Shown in pieces: positions 1-12,609 of a stretch of DNA of 64,000 nt. The notes beneath the pieces are model-generated. The model was not told where the DNA came from, searched no databases, and saw only the letters and a program-made list of their open reading frames with translations. A program made the position numbers and the translations under genes. Source of the DNA: Eledone cirrhosa (Eukaryota); assembly GCA_964016885.1 (NCBI GenBank), contig OZ024743.1, positions 251,472,001-251,536,000 of the forward strand, given 5' to 3'. Position 1 is the stretch's first letter. The number at the start of each line of letters is the position of its first letter.

Positions 1-600
1 TAGATGATGCTCTTACTGTTGAAGAATGAGATAATCATGAACTTCCCAGTGGACCTGCGTTGTCTGGCCTTCTTGGGTCTTGGGGAGTCAGAATGTTTCC
101 ATTGGGCACTCTGTCTCTTGGTCTCTGGATCATAACAGTAGACCCAGCTCTTGTCATAGGTTACCAGAGACTCAAGGACACTTGGATTCAAAGCAATCCA
201 CTTGACCATCTCTCTTCTGTCATTAACCTGCCTCTGCCTTTGATCTTCATTGTGCATCCTGGGAACAAACTTTTCATATGTTCAGATCATCATGAATGAA
301 ACTGTGCTCAATGCCCTCAGCCACATATAATTGTTTATCAATCGTTGGAAGAGATGCATGACAGACCCCACATCCAGAAATTTGTGAATGTTGTTAACCA
401 GCTTTGATGTCCTGATCTCCCTCTACTTGCCACACCTCTCATCGCCACTCACCTGCTCCCTGCCCTCCTAGAACCTCTTGCACCAGCAGAAAACAATGGC
501 TCAGCTCATAAAAGTCAATCTGTAAGCAGTTTGAACATTTCATAGTTTTCTGCAGCATTTTTAACTGAGCTAGAAACAAAACATTCTTGCATATCAAGCC
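1..600 (-). mobile_element. Decayed mariner (Tc1/mariner) transposase fragment, truncated by window start
   Basis: The minus strand translates to KFVPRMH (WVPHxL-like motif) and LVTYDKSWVYCYDPETKRQSAQWKHSDSPRPKKARQ (first catalytic Asp region, cf. ITGDETWV). A decayed N-terminal HTH region lies near 420-590. Stops and frameshifts are present. Confidence 0.85.
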
Positions 601-939
601 TCCAAGTTATCCTCACATCTCAACTGCATTGTGGAATGAGTCAGCTGTGACAAGACGTGTATGATGGGTAGTATAGTTTGGTTGTTAAGAGAAAGACAGA
701 TAGATAAACAGAAAAATAAATAGCAAGTTAGATAGATGTGTGGTTTCAGTGTTATTCATCCAGCATTCATTTAAGTTCTCCTGTAGCAGAATATTTTCCA
801 TACATTTATTAACTACAGCTTTTCTAACTTCCAAACTTAAATTAATCCTTTCTTTACCATATATCTTCTGATATTTTCCTATTTACCTTTCATTTAATCA
901 GAGCTGCATTTTCTTCACTCCTTTCTTTTATGCAAACAC

Positions 940-1399
940 TCATACATACCAACACACACACACACACGTGTGTGCATACATACTAACACATATAAATACC
1001 AACATATGGAGACAAGAATATATATACAGAGATACTCTCACACACACGTGCAGATACCAACATATACATATATGAATATATCATACAGGTACACACACAC
1101 ATCAAAACATATTAATATATATATATATATACACACATGCATGTATATATGCCTATTCATGCATACATACACACAAAAGCCAGTAAATCAATTTACATAC
1201 AGATACACATTCATATGCATAAACATATGTGTTTATCTGTACATATTTTCATAATACACAGATGTAAATATATATGTGTGTATATATATATGGGTGCATG
1301 TGTACAAATTATAAATGTATTTGTCTGCATAGATTTATACATGTGTGTGTGTGTGTGTATATATATATCATCATCATCATCGTTAAATGATGATGATGA

Positions 1400-1446
<47 letters not shown>

Positions 1447-1745
1447 TGCATATGTAGACACAAATATACCCAAGTGTATTTGTGTGTGTGTATAGAGAGA
1501 GATATACATATGCCCATACATACACACAGGCAAACATATTTATACAAACATTTAACCATTTCCCATGAATTCACACACATGCACACATAAATGTCAGGAC
1601 AAATATTTGTTTTAGATTTTCTACTCAGATAAAAAAAAAAAACATTAGAAATATATTTGTAAATAATATATATATGTGTGTGTATATATGATATATAATG
1701 GCAAGCCAATATATTTGCATGTGTATGTGTGTATATATATATTAG
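940..1745. repeat. Compound (CA)n/(TA)n/(CAT)n microsatellite region with an internal palindrome
   Basis: Directly visible dinucleotide and trinucleotide runs; the HT/YI/CV-rich ORFs here are artefacts. Confidence 0.9.
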
Positions 1746-3348
1746 CAAGGAATTTCATAGGTTTTAGTGATTGAATTGAAATCTTCGGTGACATAAATAT
1801 TAATTGATTTCTTAACTAAAAGATAAATAGAAGGATGACAAATGCTGTTGCCTTTATTTTCTTTGTATATATCTGGATCTTATATAAGAAATACAGATAT
1901 TTCCAAATATATATCATCATCGTTTAACATCCACCTTCCCAGCAAGGAAGCGTAAGACCTCCCAGACTGGCCTTTGAAGGTTATTCTGCATTTTGCTTAT
2001 GTATAGTCTTACACTCTATTGAGTGCACAGTGGAACTTATGATGTCTTTGACATGTCTGAAGGGTTCATCCAACCCCTTGTTTGGTGAGCTTTATGTAGC
2101 TGAATGTGCTTCCTATCACTAACTACTTCACAGTGTGTACTGAGTATGTTTATCATGTAGCTCACCAACACTAGAACGTTTGTCATGCTGTGACATGACT
2201 GAAGGATCCTCAACACTTTATAAAATTATTTTTTATAGGCATGGTTTCTACAGTAGGGTGCCCTTCCTGTTGCCAACTACCTTACCTATTGTATTAGCGA
2301 ACAACTAAGTTATGGAACATATAAACAAACAGTAATGTAAATAGAGACATAAGGCTGGTGCTACAATTAAGACCAACTAAGTTTCACTTAGGAACAGACC
2401 TCAGTGGCATACAATACTGAATTCAGTTTTATACAAATTTGTATAATCAAATTACCATATATTCTCAAATATAAACCGAGAAATATGTGATGAAAACATC
2501 AATGATAAAAGCAAGGTTTATATTCTGGGTCAATATTTTGATGATTTTCATCAACTACGAATTTTATGTAAATAAGGTGCTAAAATATCTAGAGTGATTA
2601 TTTCACAAGAACACAGTTTTTTCTACATTTAATATCGACATTAGTGTTATTTATGCATCCCCTTGAAAATATTCCCAACAAATTTTTGTAATTGAACTTT
2701 TTAACACCATGCACATCTGCGCACACACACATACACACACATAATGACTTTTTTTTCGGATTTAATACTTTTTCAATTTTACTTCTGATTTGTGTTTTAT
2801 TGCTCTCACTTTCTCTCTTGCCTTCTCTTTTTCTCACTTGCTGCCTCTCCCTCCCTCTTCTACTCTATGAATCCTTATACAAAGTTCTCTTTTTTATCTC
2901 TTGCTTTCAACTTCTCCCAGAAGTAAACAAAAATTCAAGAAACATGTAGAATCTATAAAACACATGAAATGGTAAGAAAGCATTATGTAATGAAGTTGTG
3001 AAACAAAAACTATACTCTAAATGACATTTAAAACGTTTTAAACATCATATTAAAACTTTATAAATATATTCTATACTCAAGATAATTCAAAGCAACTTCA
3101 TCTAAACTTAATGTGTTGATTAGCTGCCTCAGCTTATAAATAGGGTTGGGATTTTTGTCCTTTTCTCAGACATAAAATGGGGGGGGGGGGTGCTTATATT
3201 TGAGTATATATGGTAAATATATATGATTAAATTTAATATTTAACAATTTTCTACAATCAATAAATTATTTGCTAAACATCTTTTTTCACATCGGAGCATT
3301 GTGAATATATTGTATATTATTATGAAATAATTGAGAGTTGACAAGTGT

Positions 3349-4002
3349 TGAATGATCAGGTTTAGGCAATCGACAAAGTATTCTCTCCACCTCACGAGGA
3401 TGCACCTCACTGAAGAGAGAACACCAGACACATTCTTTATAGCTGGTGTAGAGAAGGGCTTCTTATTACGAAGTTGGAGAATGGTCTGCCTGAACACTTT
3501 ATTTGCTTATCTGAAGTTGGATTCCAATTTAACCCCAAAGTCCTCCCATGGATCCTTTTACTGTCTTTGCTACAAATCTTCATGCTTGCTTGTACCACAT
3601 GTACAAGAAGGACTTATTTCCAAGCCAAGCTTTGTAAGACTCCTTCTTTGCTCAGATGTCATCTTTGACCCCTTGATTGAACGAAGGGGTCCTCCTGCAA
3701 TCTGGTGCCACACTAAGCCTCTTTTACCGGCAGCATTTAACAGCTGAAGCAGAAACTGCCGTGCTGAACAATATTCCCCCTGTTTCAAGATTCTCAGTTT
3801 GCTCAGGGAGGTCTCTGAAATTGGATGCAATAGTATCTGCATACCTGGTCCTGACTTCCTTATCCACCAATGATTCCAACTTTATCCTGTAGGCCACCCT
3901 GGACTGGTTAGTTTTGTAGGCTTCTTTGGCTTTTTGTAGCCTCAAGTTGCAGATACCTAGATGGTGATCAGTACACACAACAGTTCCTCTCTTAGCACAA
4001 AT
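3349..4002 (-). mobile_element. Older RTE-like LINE: end of APE endonuclease and linker (distal part of the element split by the insertion at 4003-5800)
   Basis: ICAKRGTVVCTDHHLGICNLRL (APE SDH motif region), then linker ending ILVRWREYF; frameshifted. Confidence 0.75.
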
Positions 4003-5800
4003 CATCATCATCATCATCATCATCACCGTTTTACGTCTGTTCTTCCACGCTAGCATGGGTTAGACGGGTTGTCCTGTTGTGGGCAGTGTCTGGTCGGCTG
4101 ACCATGCCTTGCTCATACAGGAACTGATTTGGCTTGATTTCTACAGCTGGATGCCCTTCCTAACACCAACCTCATTTACAGTGAGTGCTGGGTGCTTTTT
4201 CGTGGCGCCTACACGTCCACTTTACAGTGTGGGCTGGGTGCTTTTTTGCCGTGGCACATCCACGACCACCTTGCAGTGGGAGGGTGTGGGGGCATATTGT
4301 CTATATGCTTCAGCTTGTACCCATGGGAGGTCGGGTACTCTGTATTACTGTGTGATGCCAGAGGTCATGGTCATGTGTCATCGCCTTTGAGAGGTGTAAT
4401 TGGGTAAGGTCAGCTTTTATCACCTCATCCCATGTCATCTTGGGTCTCCCCACTTCGCGGTTTCCATTGACGTCTAGTGCTCTGCACCATTTTATGCAGC
4501 TGTCATCCTTCATACGCATCACATGGCCATACCAACGCAACCGCCTCTCCTGCGCACAGCATTTGATTCCTCTTATGCTCAGTCTCTCTCTCAATTCATT
4601 TATGCTTTGTCGTTCACGTATATTACTATTACACATCCATCGGAGCATGCAGGCTTCGTTTCTTTCTAATCTACGTAAGTCTTCCACCTTCAGCGCCCAG
4701 GTCTCACTACCATGTAACATTGCTGTTCGGATACACGCATCATACAGTCTGCCTTTCATTTTGAGGGAGAAGCCTTTTGCAGCTTGCAGTGGCAGTAGTT
4801 CCCTGAACTTCTTGCATCCTGTTCTTACCCTAGTTATTGTACTTTCTGAACACCCACCTCCGCTGCTAATTCAGTCACCTAGGTAGCAGAAGCTGTCTAC
4901 TGTCTCTACAGAGCCCTCCCAGAGATTGGTGGTACTTGTTTCCTGTGGCTGTTTGCTGCTTGCTGTCCCAGCACAACTGCTGCATGTGAAGCCTACATTC
5001 TTAATTAAGCTTCCTAAGATCCCGCTACATATCTTGTGTATCCATTGTTTGCATTTGGGGAAGAGAATGGAGTTCCTACCTACACCTTTCCTACATACTG
5101 AACAAGGCCATTTCCCTGAGGGGATCTGGGTTCTGTTTTCTCGTCTACTTACAAGGATCTTAGTCTTTGTCATGTTGACTTTGAGACCCTTTCTTTCTAG
5201 TCCCTGCTTCCAAGTTTGGAATTTCTTCTCTAGTTCTACCATAGATTCAGCTATAAGTGCAAGGTCATCAGCATACAGGAGTTCCCATGGGCATCCGGTC
5301 TTAAACTCCTCCGTTATTGCCTGCAGGACTATGATGAATAGGAGAGGGCTAAGAACAGAGCTCTGGTGGACCCCAACCTGTACACTAAATTCCTCGCTAT
5401 ACTCATTGCTAATCCTAACTTTGCTGACTGCTCCCCTATACATGGCTTGTACAGCTTTCACAAGCCATTCATCTACTCCTAGTTTTCTAAGAGCCCACCA
5501 GATTACAGCACGTGGAACTCTGTCAAAGGCTTTCTCGAGATTGATGAATGCCAGGTAGAGTGGCTTACTTTTAGCTAGGTACTTTTCCTGTAACTGCCTC
5601 ACAAGGAAGAGGGCATCAGTGGTGCCTCTTCCTGGTACAAACCCAAATTGCATCTCATCTAGTTTCACGCAGTCCCTAATCAACTGTGATATGACTCTTT
5701 CTGTTACTTTCATGACCTGGTCCATCAGTTTTATACCTCTATAGTTTCCTCTATCGAGTGCATCACCTTTACCTTTGTAGCAGTTGACAATGATGCTACT
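4003..5800 (-). mobile_element. 5'-truncated RTE-clade LINE, subfamily A
   Basis: ORFs 4871-5851 and 4310-4759 contain NYRGIKL, QFGFVPGRGTTDA, LLYADDL, a PHD-like finger and MLHGSETW..ERRLRWYGHVMR..GRPK. It has a (GAT)n tail and the TSD GCACAAAT at 3995-4002 and 5801-5808. Confidence 0.95.
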
Positions 5801-7250
5801 GCACAAATATCCAGCAGAAATCAAAGGGATCAAATAAAATAACAAAAACAATTATTTATCTCTGTCCCTTCCCTGATGCCCCTTATACCATGTGCATTTA
5901 CATTTATGGATGTCTTTGTGCTGGAAGCAGGTGTTCATAATAGAGAGTTCATTGCTAGAACAGAAGTCTAGTAAGGCCTTTCTATTCATATTTAGATGAG
6001 GGTTGCCATTCCTTCCAATCACTCCTTTCCATGTCAGATGGTCAGCGCCAACATGTGAATTGAAGTCTCCCATCAGAATATATGATTCAGTCTTAACTAT
6101 ATCTAATGCTGCAGTGACTTCATCAAGGAAGGACCTGTATTCAGATGCCTTGTTTGGTGCATAAGCTTGCACCACCCACAGAGACATTTCTTTCAGCCTA
6201 AGCTTCAACAGACAAATCCTCCTTCCTAATGGGATCCAGCGTATAACACATTCTGACAGCCAGGGGCTTTTGAGTATCCCCACTCCCACCTGTGAAGTCA
6301 TTTCTGGTGCCACACCTCAATAGTGGAGTTTCCATCCTCCATCTAAATCTACAGCATCAGGGCTGTAGCACTCTCTAGACAGGAAGTAGCTGGAGTTTCT
6401 TCCCGTTGAGGTTGCAGAGCCTTCTTAGGGACTTCTGCCCGAGGGAACTATAAAGGAGAGAGCTGAAAGCTATCTCCCTCTTTTTTAACCTGCCTGGCCC
6501 TTTGGCCAGGCACATTCCGCCGAGGGTATACTCTCTGGCAACCTGAACATGGTAATGTAAAGACCTCTTGGTCTGACTTCAAAACGGTAAACAACTAACT
6601 TTAATTCATCCTTTCATCTCTCTTGGCATGTCAACTATTCTGCTCTACATAGCTCAACCTTGTTAAATAAACATTGTACATACAACCCAGTGTCCTGTTC
6701 TTTCAGCCTAAGCTTCAAGAGACAAATCCTCCTTCCCAATGGGATCCAGTGTATAACACATTCTGACAGACTGGGGCTTTTGAGTATCCCCACTCCCACC
6801 TGTGAAGTCATTTCTGGTGCCACACCTCAATAGTGGAGTGTCCATCCTCCATCTAAATCTACAGCATCAGGGCCATGGAACTTTGTTGAAGAAACCCCAA
6901 CTATACATAGCCAATGGCAGCTAGCCTCCTCTACTAGTTCCTGCTCCTTACCTGTAAGAGTTGTGTTGTTCCAGGTTCCAATTATCAAGGTTTGCTCACT
7001 TACCGACCCTCTTTAGAGTCTCAGGATACGCAATCTTTGTGCATCCACCCCACGCCTCCCAGGAGTGGTATGGTTCTTTTTTGGTTTTCCTCACAATATT
7101 GCAGTTATAGTTTAAATGGTTTTATTCCTGCCAGTCACTAATTTGGTACTTTGCCAAACCTGCAAAGACTAGGTTTTCTAAGAGGTTGCCTTTACTCACT
7201 TTATCATAGCTATGTCAGTGGGTTGTGAGATTTTTCTTGGAAGCTTTCTT
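5801..7250 (-). mobile_element. Older RTE-like LINE: 5' region and APE endonuclease (proximal part)
   Basis: IIGTWNNTTLTGKEQELVEE near 6930-6995, then VGVGIL, VVQAYAPN, ILMGDFNSHVG, LLDFCSSNELSIMNTCFQHK (ORF 5852-6313). Contains an internal duplication and an insertion. Confidence 0.85.
6364..6705 (+). mobile_element. Possible solo-LTR-like insertion
   Basis: Starts TG and can end CA, with TATAAA at 6449 and AATAAA at 6666. It is unrelated to the flanking LINE sequence and sits between two copies of a 176-bp duplication. Confidence 0.4.
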
Positions 7251-7259
7251 CAATTTGGT

Positions 7260-7640
7260 ATTTGTGCCAACCCTTACCTATGGTCATGAATCTTGGGTAA
7301 TGACCGAAAGAATATGATCACAGATTCAAGTGGCCAAAATGGGGTTCTTCTGAAGGGTCTTTGGAGTAACATTACTTGATAGAGTGCATAGCTCAGAGAT
7401 CAGAGAGTCACTGCAGATAGAGCTGCTATTTCTCCAAATTGAGAGATCACAGCTCCAATACTATGGCATGTGGTTAGAATGTCTCAGTAAAGAATTGCTG
7501 GACAGATTTTATGGGCAAAGCCAGCCAGCAAGAGACACGGGGATAGATCCTGAACAAGATGGTTGGATGATATCCATAAACTTGGCTGCTCTGAATTGTG
7601 GATACAACCGGATTCGTTGGAAACGGTTGCTTCTGATAAG
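7260..7640 (+). mobile_element. 3' fragment of an RTE-like LINE (post-RT region)
   Basis: PTLTYGHESWVMTER..QIQVAKMGF..VTLLDRVHSSEIRESLQIELLFLQIERSQL, degraded. Confidence 0.75.
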
Positions 7641-7809
7641 TGGGCGAAGAAGAAGTGTTGAATATGTAGTAGAAAATGCAGACTTAGTCAATTTATTAAT
7701 ATGGTTAGCACTAGATATGTCAAAAACTATATTTGTCAGCTTACAAACTATAAGTTGAAATTATTTTTAAGAGAATAGCATAACTGAGAGAAGGGGCACA
7801 CATAGTAAC

Positions 7810-8260
7810 TCACCTCATGAACTTTCATTTCCAATAGAAAACTCAACAAAGTAATTAGAAAGCACCAAACGTATATCTGTGTTCATACTAAAAAGTAATT
7901 CTAACTAATTAATTGAAAATTATAAATCAGCATTTATATATTTATTTGAAAGTATAAATGAAGATTTAAAAAAATATAAGAATCTTCTGTTTTTATATTC
8001 TATTTATTTTTGTTTTCGTTTTATTTCTGATTTTTATACAAGAAAAAATGTTATCTTCCTCCTTGAAGAAATAAATAAAATTACTTCAAAAAAACCATCT
8101 GTCTATTTAGTTAGCATTGCCCCCTCCCCACTCCCCTTTAAAAAGAGCAAAATGTTTTTGTCTTTCAGTTTCACTTGAGACTAGATAAATTAAAAGCAAT
8201 GAACATGAATAATAGTAGTAGTATTAATGATAATAATAATGGTGATGATAATAATAATTT
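7810..8260. repeat. Unclassified AT-rich dispersed repeat, copy 1 (direct copy at 14820-15250, inverted partial copy at 9230-9690)
   Basis: Shared text, e.g. ATGAACTTTCATTTCCAA...CTAATTAATTGAAAATTATAAATCAGCATTTAT...AAAATGTTATCTTCCTCCTTGAA. Confidence 0.75.
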
Positions 8261-9426
8261 CTTTATTGGCTACTGAGACTGAAAACTATAAGGACAATAA
8301 AATTGAGATAGGGGAGGTGAGATCATGGGGTGTTGTCATGTGAGGGCCTTGCTTTCAAAGAGGAGTTCTATGCCAGCAAACTACCTTTCATTGACAACAA
8401 AATATATATATCCAACTATATTTTGTTTAAAGCCCTACCCACCGAGCATCTGTTGCTGCTTCTGGGCAATGGCCTCCTACAACACAACTGTAAAACTGCT
8501 TCATTTTCCTGTAGTTTTTGCCATCAGCTTAAGTGACACTACTATTATATCATGACCCTTCTACCCTCTATTTTGATTAATACCCTTTCCTGTGCTGACT
8601 TCACATCCTTGTTGGCAAGTGAGAGTGGACATAGCTCTTTCTAGGTTGTTATTATTGCAGGAAAAACATTCTGATTGTAGTGTTGTTCTTTTCAGTGATA
8701 ATTTTCATTGTTGGTGAGGAATGATACATATGCCTGCACATTAGAATAAAAGTGTATGAGTGTACATTTTTGTTCTTATCAATGTTATTTGTGTTATGAA
8801 AATTATTATTTTCAGATATAACATTGCGGCTATTATTACCCCTGGCTTCAAATGTTTGTCTGAATAACTCTTTTTGTTTTAGGGAGGGCGATTATCTTTC
8901 TTTAAACAAGCTTTTTCTTTGTATAAGCTCATTTCACTATGTTTATCAAACATTACTGTGGTTTGTGATGATACAGCATCTACTTCATCTCTTGCTTATA
9001 CCTTTCACAGCACCGCATGTAAACATGTGAAGCTTTTTCTGTAAACATTAACAAGAGTATTGTCTAAATAATAGACTTAACGTTCATCCCATATTTTGAA
9101 ATTGATGTCTAGATGTTATTAAACCCTCATTTTGCAAAATAATGTAAAAGGAAATGTTTTCATCCAGTAAAACTTGGTAAAACCCAAACTTATAGGGGTA
9201 AACTTTTCTGCTGTTTCTTTTTTTTTTCAATTATTCAAGTACTAAATAACTAGATAGATATATATTTTGTTTTTTTCGTTCTTTTATTCTATTTATTTTC
9301 CAAAGAAGAAGATAACATTTTTATTTTATATAAATTAGAAACACAACAAAAATAAAACAGAAAATGTTTATATATCTTCAAATCGTTATTTTATGATTTA
9401 CACTTTCAAATAAATATATAAATAAA

Positions 9427-9612
9427 TACTTGTTTCTACTTTAGGCACAAGGCCAGTAATTACCCAGTGCATTACTGGTACTTTATTTTATCAAACCCGT
9501 AAGGATGAAAGGCAAAGTCAACCTCGGCGGGATTTGAACTCAGATCGTAAAGGGACGTAACTATGCTTGAAAGCATGGCGTCCGACCCTCTAACGATACT
9601 GCCAATCCACCA
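9427..9612 (-). mobile_element. tRNA-derived SINE (main family)
   Basis: Minus strand has A box TGGCAGTATCG, B box GAGTTCAAATCC, core GCCTTTCATCCTTACGGG..GATAAAATAAAGTACCAG and 3' GGCCTTGTGCC..AGTAGAAAC. TSD AAATAAATACT on both sides. Confidence 0.9.
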
Positions 9613-10229
9613 AATAAATACTGATTTATAATTTTCAATTAATTAGTTAAAATTGCCTTTTAGTGTGAAGACACATATATTTTTGGCAAAGTCTGTACAT
9701 GCTAATAAGGGAAGAAATAAATGAATACACGATGCAAATAACAACAACAACAAAAACAAACACAAATGTTATTTAGCTATGTGGAGAAATTAACAGAAAG
9801 ATAGACCTCTGCTGCCAACGCCACCAACCAACACTCAAGGGTAAAATTGGTTAGTTGAAAAGGGTGGGGTAGGGGAGATTAAAACAATGAAATTTTAAAA
9901 AGCACACCAAAAAATGTTGAACTGAAGTGGAAATTATTCGTGTATTATATCTGTGGGGATGGTGAGAAAAAGCAAACTTTACATGATATAAGAAATCTTG
10001 CGGCCAAATACTAATTATTGAGAGAATCTCAGTATAATATCTTCTGACTTCATATCCATCCATGTGGATTTTTGTTTTGTTAGCTTTCTTTTTTTTTTCT
10101 TTTTCATGTTATTCTGCACTTTAAAATATTCTTTATTATTAGCATGCTTTTTTTTTCTTTTTGCTATAGCCTGAATAGAAAATGTAGTTCTATTTTTATC
10201 TATCTATCTTTAAAGAAAGAGATTCTTTT

Positions 10230-10607
10230 TTTCAAATACCACTTTGGAAGAAGAATCAGGATGGAGAGAGAGGTGCTGTACCCCAGCAAGTTTTATGAAA
10301 GGTGGGTGAAAGTGGCGAGAATGGCCCAAGTAAATGGGCCTTCTCTCTATATCAGCCTGTAGGTTGAGGAAAAGGAGGAGGAAAGGAAAGGAGTACAAAC
10401 TCTTCGGACTCCTGGAGATGAGGGTTGCCCATTTTTTCGGGAGTATGTGTTACCCATATAAACTGTCTCCCCCTATTGGGGAAAATCGACTAACCTTTTT
10501 AATTGCATTTGTGATAACATTTTACACGTTTTTATTGTATGAAACTTCCCCCTTTGTATTTGTCCCCTTCTTTTGTGCCCCTGTGGCTAATAAAGAAACA
10601 TATCTTT
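10230..10607 (+). mobile_element. 3' fragment of a Tx1/L1-like LINE (same family as 15880-19380)
   Basis: RRIRMEREVLYPSKFYERWVKVARM matches RKNRVERQVLSSSKFVERWVKVASL. The 3' end CCCTGTGGCTAATAAAGAAAC matches the other copy. Confidence 0.8.
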
Positions 10608-10706
10608 AAAGAAAGAAAAACAAAACAAAAAAAAAAGAACAACAGAATAACTAAGAAAAAATACAAAGAAACAAATTTCATATACATTTATTTTAATACT
10701 TGAAAA

Positions 10707-11634
10707 TCTACTTATATATATAACTCTGTCTGTCTGTCCGACAGTGGAAACACGTGCGTAGAGAGAGAGTGAGAGTGAAAGAAAGAGACAGACTACGAGA
10801 GGGGGATAGCGGGAGGGAGAGAGAGAGAGAGTGAATAGACGCTAAAACACGTGCTACAGAAATATTACCTTCCCCTTCCTTTCTCCAAGAGAAACACTGT
10901 CGCTATAGAAACATTACCTTCCCCACTCCACTGACTTTGGTCACTGAGGCCGAGGGAATCGATGGTTGCTATGGAGCACCTTGCACAAGCCAGAAGTAAC
11001 CAGTTCGAGGCGGTTCTGACTTGACACCATGCGAAGAAGGTTGCCATTGAATTTGTGGTTGTTGCTGCTGATAATAAAGACCATTTGAAGAAGGTTGCTG
11101 CTGATGAGGTAATTTATTAATCAGATTGCGCAGTTCCAAAACCTACGTTTGATTTGTTCAATTTTTTTCTTCAATTTTTTTATTTTTTTTTTATTTCTTA
11201 TTGAAAAAATATAAATAATAAAATAAGGTTAGAAATTTAAATACGATTTAATTTCCATTTCCAGCAGCCAATGTCCAGTGTTCAATTTCATGAAAAAATT
11301 GGAAATAATTTTAAAAATTGAAGTTTCACTTTTGAACATTTGTTTTGACAATAAAAAAATATTTCCTTATTCACACCTAATGGTATGATTAACATTTCAT
11401 AGGAATATTTTTTTCTAACCGCCAGTTATTTATTTTCTCCTTTTTCGTTTAACATATATTTATTTCAAAGATTTCACCGTATAGATAACATATATATTTA
11501 TACATGCATAAAAGACACACCGAGAAACGGTGAACATGTGGTGCCGAAAACATTTCTCATCCAAATCTCAACAATATCAGTATATACACTAGATTTGCTA
11601 GCAGAAAGCCGCCCACCGGGTGGTTTTCTGCTAG
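10707..11634 (+). mobile_element. Non-autonomous Helitron-like element A, copy 1
   Basis: A|TC 5' end followed by (CTGT)n; 3' GC-rich hairpin ending CTAG|T; homologous blocks in 39883-41208. Confidence 0.75.
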
Positions 11635-12530
11635 TCTCTATATATAAAACTGAGGATGTCTGTCTTTGTGTGTGTGTGAGTTTGAATCCCTAAAACTCGA
11701 GAACCACTCAACCGACTGCTTTCAAACTTTACACATGTAATACTTATGTTTCAGGGAGTGTTCTGAGCAAAAAGAATTTCAAATTTTCAATGCCCTAGGG
11801 ACCGCATTAGGCGATTTAGCGATCCCTCTCTATAATTCTTAGTCTTTCTCTTTTTAGATAGCTACATACATATAACATCACACCCTTACAATATCTGTCT
11901 GTAATGTCTGACTGTCTGCATTACGTCACTTCCCTGAGGATATCTGTGTGTGTCTGCGAGTGTGAATCCCTAAAACTCGAGAAGTACCCAACCGACATTT
12001 TTCAAACATTACATGTGTATTACTTATGTTTCAGGGAGTGTTATGCGCATAAAAAATTCAACTTTTAGTTGAAAAACTGCGTTTTTTCAGGTTTTTAGGG
12101 CTTTTTGAGTCGTTACGTCAGACTGATTTCCTTGAAATTGTAACTATGTATTAATCAGTCTCCTTACACCATGAGCAAAGAAAATCCAACTTTTTTATGG
12201 CCTAGGGCCCGCATTAGGTGAAAAACTTCATTTTTTCAGCTTTTTAGGGCTTTTTTGAGGAGTTACGTCTAGCCGATTTTCCCGAAATTTCAAGACATAT
12301 TATGCACATAAAAAAAAATCATTTTCTTGATTCCCTAGGGCCCGCATTAGGTGAAAACCTGCATTTTTCCTGCTTCATCAAGGAAAATCTTAAAGATTAT
12401 CCAGCCATCAGAGTATTCAGTTTATTTTCTTTGCATATTGTCCACGCATGCAGTTTTTCCACGATTAGGTCTGTTGGAGGCCTGCGCTCCAAAATACCTT
12501 ATCCCATGCAACGCCAGGTACCACTGCTTG
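11635..12530 (+). mobile_element. Non-autonomous Helitron-like element B, copy 1 (directly abutting A)
   Basis: Starts TCTCTATATATAAAAC. The degenerate end CCCATGCAACGCCAGG..CTGCTTG|T corresponds to CCCGAGCAACGCCGGG..CTGCTAG|T at 42007-42034. Internal duplication of CCCTAAAACTCGAGAA. Confidence 0.7.
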
Positions 12531-12609
12531 TAAAATATAAAAACACCAGAAAATGTTTCCTCTTTTAAGTTGATAAGACTAATTAAAATAAAATAATGAT
12601 TATGAAATA

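Noticed and set aside
970-1748. ORFs rich in YI/HT/CV repeats (also 35983-36532, 40429-40911, 53218-53842, 55509-55957, 61453-61905)
   Set aside because: Translations of TA/CA/TG microsatellites, not proteins.
4926-5558. Long plus-strand ORFs antisense to RTE RT (also 29049-29681, 35332-35811, 37290-37691)
   Set aside because: Antisense shadows of the LINE ORF; they recur because the element recurs.
8661-8712. Plus-strand mini-exon candidate (KNILIVVLFFSVIFSLL then GTGAGG)
   Set aside because: T-rich sequence gives hydrophobic peptides by chance; weak acceptor and no partner exons.
11101-11107. CTGATGA inside Helitron A
   Set aside because: No downstream GAAA/UH with a closing stem I.
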